Shown here piece after piece: positions 30,538 through 40,046 of a stretch of 64,000 nucleotides of DNA (its first letter is position 1; every line of letters starts with the position of its first letter). The notes under the pieces are model-generated. The model was given only the letters and a program-made list of their open reading frames with translations. It searched no databases and was not told where the DNA came from. The translations under genes and the position numbers were made by a program. The stretch spans positions 864,001-928,000 of the forward strand of contig JBMNEZ010000001.1 of assembly GCA_050949045.1 (NCBI GenBank), in the 5' to 3' direction. The stretch comes from Candidatus Izemoplasmatales bacterium (lineage in GTDB: Bacteria > Bacillota_I > Bacilli_A > Izemoplasmatales > Hujiaoplasmataceae).

Positions 30538-32295
30538 TTAATTCGTGAGTTTTAGGAAAAGATCGACATCTGCTTTCAATAATTCCAGCGAACCCTGCCA
30601 GAAAACATTGTCTGTGACATCAATATTGGCAATCATCGCCGCATCTTCGACAAAGTTCTTTCCGGTCGCCGCCAACAGTTTGTCATACATCGGCACAAAG
30701 GCTTCCCTGTCTTCGAGATACTTAGCGTACAAGCCTTTGGCAAAGAGCAACCCAAAAGCATAAGGGAAGTTATAATAGCTGAGCGTTCCCGAATAATAGT
30801 GCGATTTGCACAGCCACATGTAGGGATGCAGTTTGTCCTCATCGAGCCCGTCGCCATAGCTCTTCTTCTGGGCGTCGAGCATCATGTTTTTGAGTTCTTC
30901 CGCATCATAAAGAGTTTGTCGGCGTCCTTCAAACAGGGCTTTTTCAAAGTAGAAACGCGAGAGGATGTCGACGATGACCTGTGTCGCGTCTTGGAGCGAA
31001 GACTCAAGCAGATAGATGCGCTCTTCCTTGGTGGTCGCATCTTTCAAAGCGGCCTGGTTGACGATCGTCTCGCAGAAAGTCGAAGCGGTTTCGGCAACCG
31101 GCATCGTGTAGTTGGCATTGAGGATCGATTCATCAAAAATGGCTTCCCCATGATAGGCGTGTCCGAGTTCGTGGGCCATGGTGATCACATCGCCAAAGGC
31201 GCCGTTGAAGTTTGTGAGAACGCGGCTTTCCTTGATCACATGGAGATTCGCACAGAAAGCGCCGCCGACCTTGCCTTTTCTAGGCAGATAGTCGATCCAG
31301 CCTTCCGCGAAGGCTTTTTTAGCCATTTGATAGAGACGTTCGTTAAAAGTGCGGAAATTCTTCAATATGTATTCATTGGCCTCTGGTATCGAGAAAGTTT
31401 TCGAAGCGCTGCCGATCGGAGCGAACAAATCATAAAACGGCAAACCGTTCTTGTGCCCCAGCAATTTCGCTTTTCGCTTAAGATAAGACCTGAAGACGGG
31501 CAGATAAGCTTCCATCGTCTCGATCATAACATCGAGGGTTTCCTTTTTCATCCGGCTTTGGATCAAGGTTTCTTCGAGGGGGGATTTGTAGCCTCTGGCC
31601 TCTGACAGGGTGTTGACCTCGCCTTTGATCGCGTTGATCGCCGAGGCGACCGACTTGTCAATCTTTTCATAAGCCTTGATTTCCGCGTGAAAGGCCCTCT
31701 CTCTTATTTTGGGATCCGCATCGTAAGCCAGGTTTCTGACTTCCGAGAGCGTAATCTCCTTGCCCTCATAATCAACGCCCAAAGTCGATGTGAGCAACGA
31801 TTGCAAGCGCCTCCAGGCAATCGAGCCCGACTGTCTTAATTTGGCGATCAGGGCTTCGGTCGAATCGTCAAGGAGATGCATCGCCTGCGACTTCAATTCC
31901 ATAAAATGGAAACGGTGCTCCTCGAGCACGGGATCAAGGGCAATATGCCCTTCAAGATCAGGAACATCCCTCAGCCATTTTTTGAACATCGTCTCGACGA
32001 TCGTGAGTTCGGTCATTTTGACATGAAGCTGGTTGAGATACTTGAGGCTTTGGACATTCGTCGAATCCGTCGACTGTCTCAGCGATGCGTAACTGAACAG
32101 CCGCTCGGCGACTTCGCTGAGCGCAATCGAGTTCTCGACATAGGCTAAAAGTCTTCCCTTGACGTCTTTGTAGTCGTGCAGTTTGGCTTCAAAGCCTTTG
32201 ATTTCCTCAACGAGCTTGTCAAGACGCACTAAATCGTTTTGAAACTGCTCGCTTTCAAAACTTGGGTAAAGCTTGTCTAGATTCCAATTATTCAT
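30538..32295 (-). CDS. pepF: Oligoendopeptidase F (M3B)
   Basis: HELGHAYH, AETASTFCE, YYNFPYAFG. Confidence 0.93.
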   Translation of the reverse strand: MNNWNLDKLYPSFESEQFQNDLVRLDKLVEEIKGFEAKLHDYKDVKGRLLAYVENSIALSEVAERLFSYASLRQSTDSTNVQSLKYLNQLHVKMTELTIVETMFKKWLRDVPDLEGHIALDPVLEEHRFHFMELKSQAMHLLDDSTEALIAKLRQSGSIAWRRLQSLLTSTLGVDYEGKEITLSEVRNLAYDADPKIRERAFHAEIKAYEKIDKSVASAINAIKGEVNTLSEARGYKSPLEETLIQSRMKKETLDVMIETMEAYLPVFRSYLKRKAKLLGHKNGLPFYDLFAPIGSASKTFSIPEANEYILKNFRTFNERLYQMAKKAFAEGWIDYLPRKGKVGGAFCANLHVIKESRVLTNFNGAFGDVITMAHELGHAYHGEAIFDESILNANYTMPVAETASTFCETIVNQAALKDATTKEERIYLLESSLQDATQVIVDILSRFYFEKALFEGRRQTLYDAEELKNMMLDAQKKSYGDGLDEDKLHPYMWLCKSHYYSGTLSYYNFPYAFGLLFAKGLYAKYLEDREAFVPMYDKLLAATGKNFVEDAAMIANIDVTDNVFWQGSLELLKADVDLFLKLTN

Positions 32296-32831
32296 TTTTC
32301 TCCTCCGTTGGAAAAGTATTGGTCTTTTGTGAGCATATAGTAGCGGGACTTCAAGATCCGATTGTCCTTGCTCTGATAATCACGATCCTCGATAAAGGCG
32401 AACCCACATTTTTCGATAACCCTTTGCGACTTATGATTCTCCAAAAAGTGACAGACATAGACCGTGTCGATCTCTGTTTCGGAGAAGGTATGTCTCAGTA
32501 CTTCCCGGCAGGCTTCGGTCATCAGCCCTTGGTGTTCATACTTGGTGGAAAGCACATACCCGAGTTCGCGGGCGCCGGGGTTCTGGCCGCGTTTATAGAA
32601 ATGCAGTCCGACGGAGCCGATGACTTTTTGATCTTCCCGGTGTTCGATGGCCCAGACATTGCCAGCCTGCATGAAGTTTTTGATGATCTCCCGACTTTCG
32701 TCGATATTTTCATGCGGCTTCCAGCCGGCCAGGGGCCCGACAGTACTTAGTTTGGCATATTCAAATAAATCAGCGGCATCGGCGAGCGTCCACGATCTCA
32801 GGATCAGCCGTTTTGTCCTAAGTTCCTTCAC
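32292..32831 (-). CDS. GNAT N-acetyltransferase (RimJ/RimL-like)
   Basis: LRTKRLILR, ELGYVL, QGLMTEA, N.KSQRVIEKCGF. Confidence 0.92.
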   Translation of the reverse strand: MKELRTKRLILRSWTLADAADLFEYAKLSTVGPLAGWKPHENIDESREIIKNFMQAGNVWAIEHREDQKVIGSVGLHFYKRGQNPGARELGYVLSTKYEHQGLMTEACREVLRHTFSETEIDTVYVCHFLENHKSQRVIEKCGFAFIEDRDYQSKDNRILKSRYYMLTKDQYFSNGGEK

Positions 32832-34054
32832 TTGAGCGCCTCCTTGACGGTCAATGCGCCCAGCTCCAATTTGGGAGCGTTCCCGAATGAAATGTCAAAA
32901 ACATGGGTTTCGGATATTATTTCATCGATCATGTCTTCATAGGGAATTACAAACTCATATTTGGCCGCCACATCCGCCTTGGGTCTGATCACCGGGTTCT
33001 TGGGCACATAGACACTACAACAATCCGAGAAGGGCCTGATTGAGATGTCATTGGTACCGATTTCACGGCTGAGACGGACAATGTCGATTTTGTCAAGATG
33101 TGAGAGCGGTCTCAGTATCAAAGCGTCAGTCACATCCTGGATCGCCACCAGGCTCTCGAGCGTCTGCGAAGCGACCTGTCCGATAGAGTCACCGGTGACG
33201 ATGGCCATCGCCTCTTTCTGTCGCATGATCCTAGTTGATATCCTAAGCATCATCCGGCGCATAATGGTTATCAAATAACTCTCGGGGACTTTATTGAGGA
33301 TTTCCTGATGGAGCTCGGCAAAGGGGACAAGATGAAGCCGGATTCTGTCTCTGGGAGCGAATTTAGCGAGTTCTGATGCGATGTCGAGCACCTTTTGAAC
33401 GGCTTCGATCGAGGTTAGCGGGGTCGACTCGAAATGGACGAGTTCGGTTTCCATCCCTTTCTTCATCGCCAAATAAGCCGCGACCGGCGAATCGATTCCT
33501 CCCGAAAGCAGAGTCACCACTTTTCCCGAAACCGGAATCGGAAAGCCGCCCAGTCCCATGATCTGGCCGATGTACATATAACACCCGTCCCTGCGAAAAT
33601 CCAAGTTTAGGGTCAACTCGGGGTCATGGACGTCAACTGTTAAATTGGGAACATTCGGGAGAATCATTTTAGATATCTGTTGGGAGATCTCGGTCGAAGT
33701 GTCCTTCAGCGACTTGTCAGCGCGCTTCGTTTCGACCTTGAACGAAGTCGCTTTTCCTTTTGTTTGTTCTTTGATCAAAGATACCGCTTGGCTGGCGATT
33801 TCATGATAGATGGTGGTGGTCTTCGTGACTAAGCTGAAAGAATAGAGACCGGGTATTAGACACAAGCGGTCGAAGACCTCTTTGGCGGGCGTGTTGTTCA
33901 AAATGACATAGAACCGGTCATGGCGAAAATCAAAATCGACCATCAGCCCGGACAGTTTCTCTCTGACCCGCTCGTTGGCCGTTTTGATGAAGTGCTTCTG
34001 GTTCTTGCCCTTGAGGATCAAATCACCGTAACGGACCAAAATCTGTTCGTTCAT
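32828..34054 (-). CDS. thiI: tRNA 4-thiouridine synthase ThiI (no rhodanese domain)
   Basis: VRYGDLILKGKN, THUMP domain, LSGGIDSPVA, GQVASQT, DCC. Confidence 0.96.
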   Translation of the reverse strand: MNEQILVRYGDLILKGKNQKHFIKTANERVREKLSGLMVDFDFRHDRFYVILNNTPAKEVFDRLCLIPGLYSFSLVTKTTTIYHEIASQAVSLIKEQTKGKATSFKVETKRADKSLKDTSTEISQQISKMILPNVPNLTVDVHDPELTLNLDFRRDGCYMYIGQIMGLGGFPIPVSGKVVTLLSGGIDSPVAAYLAMKKGMETELVHFESTPLTSIEAVQKVLDIASELAKFAPRDRIRLHLVPFAELHQEILNKVPESYLITIMRRMMLRISTRIMRQKEAMAIVTGDSIGQVASQTLESLVAIQDVTDALILRPLSHLDKIDIVRLSREIGTNDISIRPFSDCCSVYVPKNPVIRPKADVAAKYEFVIPYEDMIDEIISETHVFDISFGNAPKLELGALTVKEALK

Positions 34055-34136
34055 AGATATCTCCTTTTCTCTGGGTTCTATTTTATCACATTATCTTGAG
34101 AATATGGATTCCTTCTTTTATAATGATTCCGGTGAT

Positions 34137-34619
34137 ATGATGGACAAAACAAATCTGAGCCGGCTCGAAAGCGATCAAAGAGAGGCTCTGTTTTTCAAAA
34201 CCCTCGTCGGCTACTTGGAAAAAGGCGTGCCGCTGACAACGAATCTCGCAAACTTCGTAGCGGTGATCTGTTTCTTCAGACCCGATCTGAACTGGGTCGG
34301 ATTCTACCTTGAACATGAGGGTTCGCTCTTCTTGGGCCCGTTTCAGGGAAAGCCCGCTTGTACGAGGATCGAAAGCGGTCGCGGAGTTTGCGGAAAAGCG
34401 ATGGCGACCAAATCGACCGTCCTCGTCCCTAACACAGACAAATTCCCGGGACACATCGTCTGCGACAGCGAATCAAAGAGCGAACTCGTAATCCCGCTCA
34501 TCAAAGATGGCCGCTTCCTCGGAGTGCTCGATCTCGACGCTCCCGCCGTCGGTCATCTCCAGAAGAAAGATCAAATCCTCTTTGAAAAGGCGATAAGGAT
34601 TTTGATTGACTTTATCTAA
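34137..34619 (+). CDS. msrC: GAF-domain free methionine-(R)-sulfoxide reductase
   Basis: NWVGFY, LGPFQGKPAC, GRGVCG, HIVCD..S.SE. Confidence 0.88.
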   Translation: MMDKTNLSRLESDQREALFFKTLVGYLEKGVPLTTNLANFVAVICFFRPDLNWVGFYLEHEGSLFLGPFQGKPACTRIESGRGVCGKAMATKSTVLVPNTDKFPGHIVCDSESKSELVIPLIKDGRFLGVLDLDAPAVGHLQKKDQILFEKAIRILIDFI

Positions 34620-34634
34620 GGTTTCCGTTATAAT
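34606..34634 (+). promoter_or_regulatory. SigA-type promoter of rpsD
   Basis: TTGACT-N17-TATAAT. Confidence 0.8.
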
Positions 34635-34644
34635 ACAACTTGCG

Positions 34645-34792
34645 CATGTAATAAAAAGCAGTTGTTTCCAAACTGTTTTACCAAAAGAAAGGTTCCATCT
34701 TTGATGGTTTGGCAGTACCGTGAACTGCTTCACGGGAAACCATTGAAACCCTTCTTTGTATCGAGTTTGGGAACTCCTTGAACGATTACACG
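34645..34792 (+). ncRNA. Structured rpsD (S4) 5' leader, putative autoregulatory r-leader
   Basis: Nested stems TGTAAT/ATTACA, TTCCAAACT/AGTTTGGGA, AAAGAAAGGTT/AACCCTTCTTT, ATGGTTT/AAACCAT, CCGTGAA/TTCACGG. Confidence 0.7.
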
Positions 34793-34818
34793 TAATCTAA
34801 AGAAAAGGAGGATCATAT

Positions 34819-35418
34819 ATGTCGAGATTCACAGGTTCAAGTTGGAAGGTCTCGCGTCGGCTCGGCTATTCGATATCCGAATCCGGGAAAGAAACCGCCA
34901 GACGCCCCTACGTCCCCGGACAACACGGCAAAAAGCGCACCAAGATGTCAGAATATGGGCTCCAGCTTCAAGAGAAACAACGCGTCCGTTTCACCTACGG
35001 CGTCAATGAAAAACAGTTCCGCAAGACTTTCAACGAAGCCAAGAAAATGCCCGGAAAGCAAGGCGCAAACTTTTTGTTTCTGTTGGAATCCAGGTTGGAC
35101 AACCTCGTTTATCGCGCCGGCTTCGCCAGAACCAGACAACAAGCAAGACAGCTTGTCAACCATGGGCACATCATCCTTGACGGCAAGAAAGCTACTATCC
35201 CGTCGATGCGGGTAAAACCCGGCCAAGTCATCGGGATCAAGGAGAAATCACAGTCCCTGGAAATAATCAAAGACGCGCTCGCAGCGGTCGTCAGCCGTCA
35301 AGATTACGTTTCCTATGACGAAAACAAGCTTGAGGCAACCTATGTGAGATTGCCGGAGCGTTCCGAAATCTTACCAGAGATCAAGGAAAACCTGATCGTT
35401 GAACTTTATAACAGGTAA
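34819..35418 (+). CDS. rpsD: 30S ribosomal protein S4
   Basis: [30 protein letters not shown]. Confidence 0.99.
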   Translation: MSRFTGSSWKVSRRLGYSISESGKETARRPYVPGQHGKKRTKMSEYGLQLQEKQRVRFTYGVNEKQFRKTFNEAKKMPGKQGANFLFLLESRLDNLVYRAGFARTRQQARQLVNHGHIILDGKKATIPSMRVKPGQVIGIKEKSQSLEIIKDALAAVVSRQDYVSYDENKLEATYVRLPERSEILPEIKENLIVELYNR

Positions 35419-35421
35419 TTT

Positions 35422-35456
35422 GAAAAACACCCTCGCAAGAAGGTGTTTTCTTTTTA
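35422..35456 (+). terminator. Terminator after rpsD (probably bidirectional)
   Basis: AAAACACC...GGTGTTTT-CTTTTT. Confidence 0.8.
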
Positions 35457-35483
35457 TACGGGAATGGCGATGAATTGATTTGG

Positions 35484-37138
35484 TTACTCAGGATTTTCCT
35501 CATTCATTTCAACAATGACATTATACATAAACTCAATACTTGGAAAACGAGGTCTGATGCCGGAATCATAATAATTCTTTCCAGAACTGTAAAAATCGAT
35601 GAAATAATCAACATCAACACCTTCTTCGACAGTTGTGTAGGTGCTGTAGGTGAGGTTCATGTTGCTCGACATTTGCATGACGGCTCCATTTGGCAAAACC
35701 AAAGCCTTGACCGAGCAGGCGCCTCCACCACTACGGGCGCCGATTGTCTTGATCAATCCCATCTCCTTGGCAAGGGCGGTCGCAAGATTGGCAGCGCTGT
35801 ATGTCGCGCCCGAGGTGACAAAATAGAATTTGGCATCGATCGCTTTGTCGCCTTCGACATCGTAGGTTGAGGAACTCTTGGCTCCGAGGGTCGTCATATA
35901 CAGCGAAATGTTCTCATCCGTTAAATAATTGAGCAAATGGAAGACGCCGGCGAGGACACCGCCACCGTTACAGGTGAGATCGATGACAACATAGTTCGGA
36001 TCCGCCTCGCGGATTTCCTCCATCACCGGTTCAAGATCAGCCTTGAACTCGATGTTGAATTCCGTGATCTTCAGATACGCCATATCCTCATGAAATTTCA
36101 AAGCGAAATTATTGCGGTAGAGATTACACTCGCAACCATAATATTCGTATGAATAATCATAGATAAACGACGCCGTGTTCGGATGGCTGTATCCAGGATT
36201 CTGATGGCCATAGGAAATGATGCCAGTATGCAAATCGGCAAACGAATCTGCAAATTCTGAGAAAGCATATTCAAAGCTGGATTGAGAGTTGAAATACTTG
36301 TTAGTATAAGATTTGAAAGACTGGATGCCTTTGTAGGCCTTCAGCCCATAGAAATAGTCAAAAGCAAGCTCCAGAAAACGCCTTGACTCCAGTTCCATCG
36401 CCGGCGTTAGGTCATTGTTAAGCCTGACAGCGTTGTAAACATCTTTATCCGGGTTTCTGAGATCACCGAGTTGATAGGTGTCGATTCCGTAAAGGGTATC
36501 GCCATTATTAACGACATCGAACATCGACCCAGTGAGAAACAGTCCGGCAAGCGACAGAGGAATCGTGTACTTGATTGCTTCAGCTCCTCAACCGTGAAAA
36601 ACATAAAGCCATACTCTGCGACGTTGATTATGAGTTCCGGCAGTTCTTCTTCAGTGTAGCTGACCAAGTTTAAGCCTTCGGAAAAGTCGGTTTCCGTTTC
36701 TCCGGAAAAATAATCGAAAGCATCAACGTTGGGCGCGCTCACCGTCTCACTAAGAAAATCAAACGTCACATAGGCGATCATCGAATCCTCGGTAATTCCA
36801 TAATCAGCTTTCTCCTCATCGGTATAGAAGTACTCGTTCCAGACTTTGACAGTGTTGGCTTGAATTTCTACTTGGGTGTTTTCATCGATGATCCCCAGTA
36901 GGAGATTCACAAACTCGCTGATATCGACATAAGGAATGCCGGGTTTCTCCTCATAATAATATAAGTTGATGTTCTCCACCGGTTCCTCCCTGATGAATTC
37001 GGTGGAGTAGTTTACAAAGTCGACTTGTTTTTTCTGAAAGGCAACCTCGTCGATTGCGACTGTCTGTGTTGTTTCCTTGCACGCAGATAGCCCAATCGCG
37101 AGTACCAAAATCGAAATGATCCCAATTATTTTTTTCAT
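35484..37138 (-). pseudogene. S41-family peptidase lipoprotein split by a frameshift near 36565-36587
   Basis: 5' ORF has lipobox LSAC. The overlapping 3' ORF has DLTCNGGG, TYSAAN and SGGGAC S41 motifs. The two frames join with one missing base. Confidence 0.75.
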
Positions 37139-37199
37139 ACATTGACCTCCTGTTTGTGAAGATTGTACCACTTTCATCGGTATAATTGAATAAAAACTT

Positions 37200-37227
37200 G
37201 AAAAAAGCCGGAATCCCGGCAGTTTTT
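37200..37227 (-). terminator. Terminator after tpiA
   Basis: GCCGG-GATT-CCGGC followed by T6 on the minus strand. Confidence 0.7.
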
Positions 37228-37233
37228 CAAGTT

Positions 37234-37992
37234 TTAATCCCTGATGGCGGCTGTTGCCATCATTACGAAGGCCTCGGGATCGAGCGACGCTCCGCCAATC
37301 AAGGCGCCGTCGATATCAGGCATCGCCAGCAGTTCGGCGATATTACCGGGTTTGACGGAACCGCCGTACTGGATGCGCACTTTCTCACTCGTGGCCGCAT
37401 CATACATTTCCCTGATAAGGGAACGGATATAGGCACAAGCTTCCTCAGCTATTTCGCTGGTTGCGGTCCGTCCGGTGCCGATCGCCCAAATCGGTTCGTA
37501 AGCAATGGTCACCAACTGGGCATACTGGGTATCAATGTCTTTGAATGCCGCCCTTATCTGTCTTTTGAGGACCTCTTCGGTCAAGTTTTTCTCGCGCTCA
37601 TCAAGATGCTCGCCGACACAGACGATCGGTTTCAAATCATTTCTAAGCGCCGCTTTGAGTTTGAGATTGACAATTTCATCTGTTTCTTTGAAGTATTGCC
37701 GGCGTTCGCTGTGGCCGATGATGACATACTCGACTTTGCAGCTTTTGAGCAGTTTGCCGGACACTTCGCCCGTATAGGCTCCCTCATCTTCATAATGGAG
37801 GTTCTGGCTGCCAATGCGAAGGTTATCGCCTTGCCTTTTGACAAGACAATGAAGAAGCGGCGCCTGGGCGCAAAGAACGGTGTCGACCTTATCGATTGAA
37901 GGCACGAGCGGGAACACCTTGAGAATAAAGAAAAGGGCCTCGTCACGGGTCTTGAACATCTTCCAATTGCCGGCTATGATTGGTTTACGCAT
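37234..37992 (-). CDS. tpiA: Triosephosphate isomerase
   Basis: AGNWKM, GHSERR, AYEPIWAIGTG, YGGSV, GGASL. Confidence 0.99.
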   Translation of the reverse strand: MRKPIIAGNWKMFKTRDEALFFILKVFPLVPSIDKVDTVLCAQAPLLHCLVKRQGDNLRIGSQNLHYEDEGAYTGEVSGKLLKSCKVEYVIIGHSERRQYFKETDEIVNLKLKAALRNDLKPIVCVGEHLDEREKNLTEEVLKRQIRAAFKDIDTQYAQLVTIAYEPIWAIGTGRTATSEIAEEACAYIRSLIREMYDAATSEKVRIQYGGSVKPGNIAELLAMPDIDGALIGGASLDPEAFVMMATAAIRD

Positions 37993-38199
37993 ATGATCAC
38001 CTATCTGAATGATAATATCGGGAACATCGTTCCCGATTTTGTTCGATTATCCATTTAATATTTCTAGGTATAAAGATTGACGTACCGACGCTCAAGTTGA
38101 TGACAAATCTCTTTGTCAGTTTGATTCGATCGGCAAATTCTTTCCAAGTCAAGTCGTTTTAAGCCATAACTTCCAGATTTTGGTGCCAAGAGACTGGTA

Positions 38200-39420
38200 T
38201 TACTTGCAGTCGCAGTTAGCGTCCTCGCAATGAGCGTCTTGGAGGGAGACCACTCCCGGAAGGGCTTTTCCTTCCAAATATTCCAAGGATGCGCCTCCAC
38301 CCGTCGAAATATGGGTGAATTTGTCCTGATATCCCATTTGGATGGCCGCAGCTGCCGAATCGCCGCCGCCGATGATCGTTTTGGCATTTTCAAGATGGGC
38401 AAGAATTTCGCAAATGCTTCTGGTACCGTGCGAAAAGTCCTCGAATTCAAAAACGCCGAGCGGTCCGTTCCAAACGACCGTCTTCGCTCCTCTGAGTTCC
38501 TTTTTGAAGAGCTCAATCGTCTTTGGCCCCACATCCATGCCCATTTCATTTTCATTGATGTTTTTGTAGTTTGCTATATGATGAGGAGCATTGGCTTTGA
38601 ACTCGGTCGAAACGATGACATCGACCGGCAAGACGATTTTGCCATTGGCTTTTTCGAAAAGTTCCTTCGCAAGAATCAGTTTGTCATATTCGCAGATCGA
38701 CATACCGATCGAATACCCCAGCGCCTTCATGAAGGTGTAGGCCATGCCGCCGCCGATCAGAACCTTGTCTGCTTTTTTGATCAGATTTTCAATCACACCA
38801 ATCTTGTCTGAAACTTTCGCCCCGCCCAAGATCGCGACAAAAGGCCGTTCGGGATTATCGACGGCGCCGCCGATATAGCGAAGTTCTTTTTCCATCAAAA
38901 AACCGGCTGCCGAGTCTAGATGTGAGGCAACTCCGACATTCGAGGCATGCGCGCGGTGTGCAGTGCCGAAAGCGTCGTTGACGAAAACATCTCCGAGGGA
39001 TGACCAGTAGGCGCCCAGTTCCGGATCGTTCTTGGATTCCTTGTTGCCGTCAAGATCCTCGAATCTCGTGTTTTCAAACATAAGCAGCGCGCCCGGTTTT
39101 AAGGCTTTGACAGCCGCCTCCAATTCGGGTCCGCGGGTCTTGCCGATGAATTGAACCGGTTTCTTGATCAATTCGCTGAGCCTTTGGGCGACGGGAGCGA
39201 GCGAGTTCGTCAGTTTGTCCTCCTCCGTCTTGACTCTGCCAAGATGGCTGAACAGAATCAGCCGGGCCTTATTCTCCAGCAAGTACTCGATTGTCGGTAA
39301 AGCCTGGCGGATGCGGTTGTCATCAGTGATGACCCCGCTTTGCATCGGCACGTTGAAATCAACGCGCAGAAGCACCTTCTTCCCGGAGACCTGCAAATCT
39401 TCAACAGTCTTTTTTCTCAT
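38200..39420 (-). CDS. pgk: Phosphoglycerate kinase
   Basis: [39 protein letters not shown]. Confidence 0.99.
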   Translation of the reverse strand: MRKKTVEDLQVSGKKVLLRVDFNVPMQSGVITDDNRIRQALPTIEYLLENKARLILFSHLGRVKTEEDKLTNSLAPVAQRLSELIKKPVQFIGKTRGPELEAAVKALKPGALLMFENTRFEDLDGNKESKNDPELGAYWSSLGDVFVNDAFGTAHRAHASNVGVASHLDSAAGFLMEKELRYIGGAVDNPERPFVAILGGAKVSDKIGVIENLIKKADKVLIGGGMAYTFMKALGYSIGMSICEYDKLILAKELFEKANGKIVLPVDVIVSTEFKANAPHHIANYKNINENEMGMDVGPKTIELFKKELRGAKTVVWNGPLGVFEFEDFSHGTRSICEILAHLENAKTIIGGGDSAAAAIQMGYQDKFTHISTGGGASLEYLEGKALPGVVSLQDAHCEDANCDCK

Positions 39421-39527
39421 AATAACCTCCGATGACATAAGTGATTGTATTTCAAATTTATTATACTATCATTCTTGGAAAAATTCCACTTAATTCGCTA
39501 CCAGAAGAAACTTTAAAAGGATTTTTC

Positions 39528-39977
39528 TCAACCGAGGATGTCGTTCAGGTAGGCCTCGATGATGGCTCCCTTTTCACGTTGCCGGACAAAAATTCGCCAA
39601 CTGTCGACTTTGATGGTGCTGCGGGAGCCAAAGATAATCTCGACCCGTTTGTCCCCCTCCCGTTTCCACCCGGCAATCGCAAGATGATTTATCAATAGGC
39701 AGTTTCGCGATCTTAGACTCCTGATCGGCAGATACAAAAGTTCGCGGCTGACCGGTATCGGGGTCAGCCGCCTGATTCCAAAGCGGCTCTTGACGGCATC
39801 AATCCTCCCCGAAAGCGTCGACAGATATTCGATGCAACTCTGATTCAGCCATGAGATAAAAGCGCGTTCACAATGCATCACCCTGCCGTCAATGGAATAT
39901 TCGACGGTCCCATCCGTCCTCTTCCTTGCCCATTCGATCACACTCATCACCAACATCACTATATCATGAAAGATCAT
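39528..39977 (-). CDS. comK: ComK-family competence transcription factor
   Basis: SC..YLSTLSGRI...FGI.RLTPI...YLP..S.....C.LIN fits the ComK family pattern; likely start GTG 39941. Confidence 0.72.
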   Translation of the reverse strand: MIFHDIVMLVMSVIEWARKRTDGTVEYSIDGRVMHCERAFISWLNQSCIEYLSTLSGRIDAVKSRFGIRRLTPIPVSRELLYLPIRSLRSRNCLLINHLAIAGWKREGDKRVEIIFGSRSTIKVDSWRIFVRQREKGAIIEAYLNDILG

Positions 39978-40002
39978 AGGCCGCTTTTGAAAAAATTGTA
40001 CA

Positions 40003-40031
40003 AAAAACCGCCTGAAGGTTATCGGCGGTTG
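40003..40031 (-). terminator. Terminator after msmX
   Basis: AACCGCC...GGCGGTT-TTTT. Confidence 0.8.
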
Positions 40032-40046
40032 TCTTTGATTACGATA

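Noticed and set aside
38064..38555. 163-aa minus-strand ORF overlapping the pgk 3' end
   Set aside because: It is an alternative frame of pgk with no motif support.
39978..40046. ComK boxes (AAAA-N5-TTTT pairs) upstream of comK or comFA
   Set aside because: No properly spaced pair was found; the A/T runs belong to terminators.
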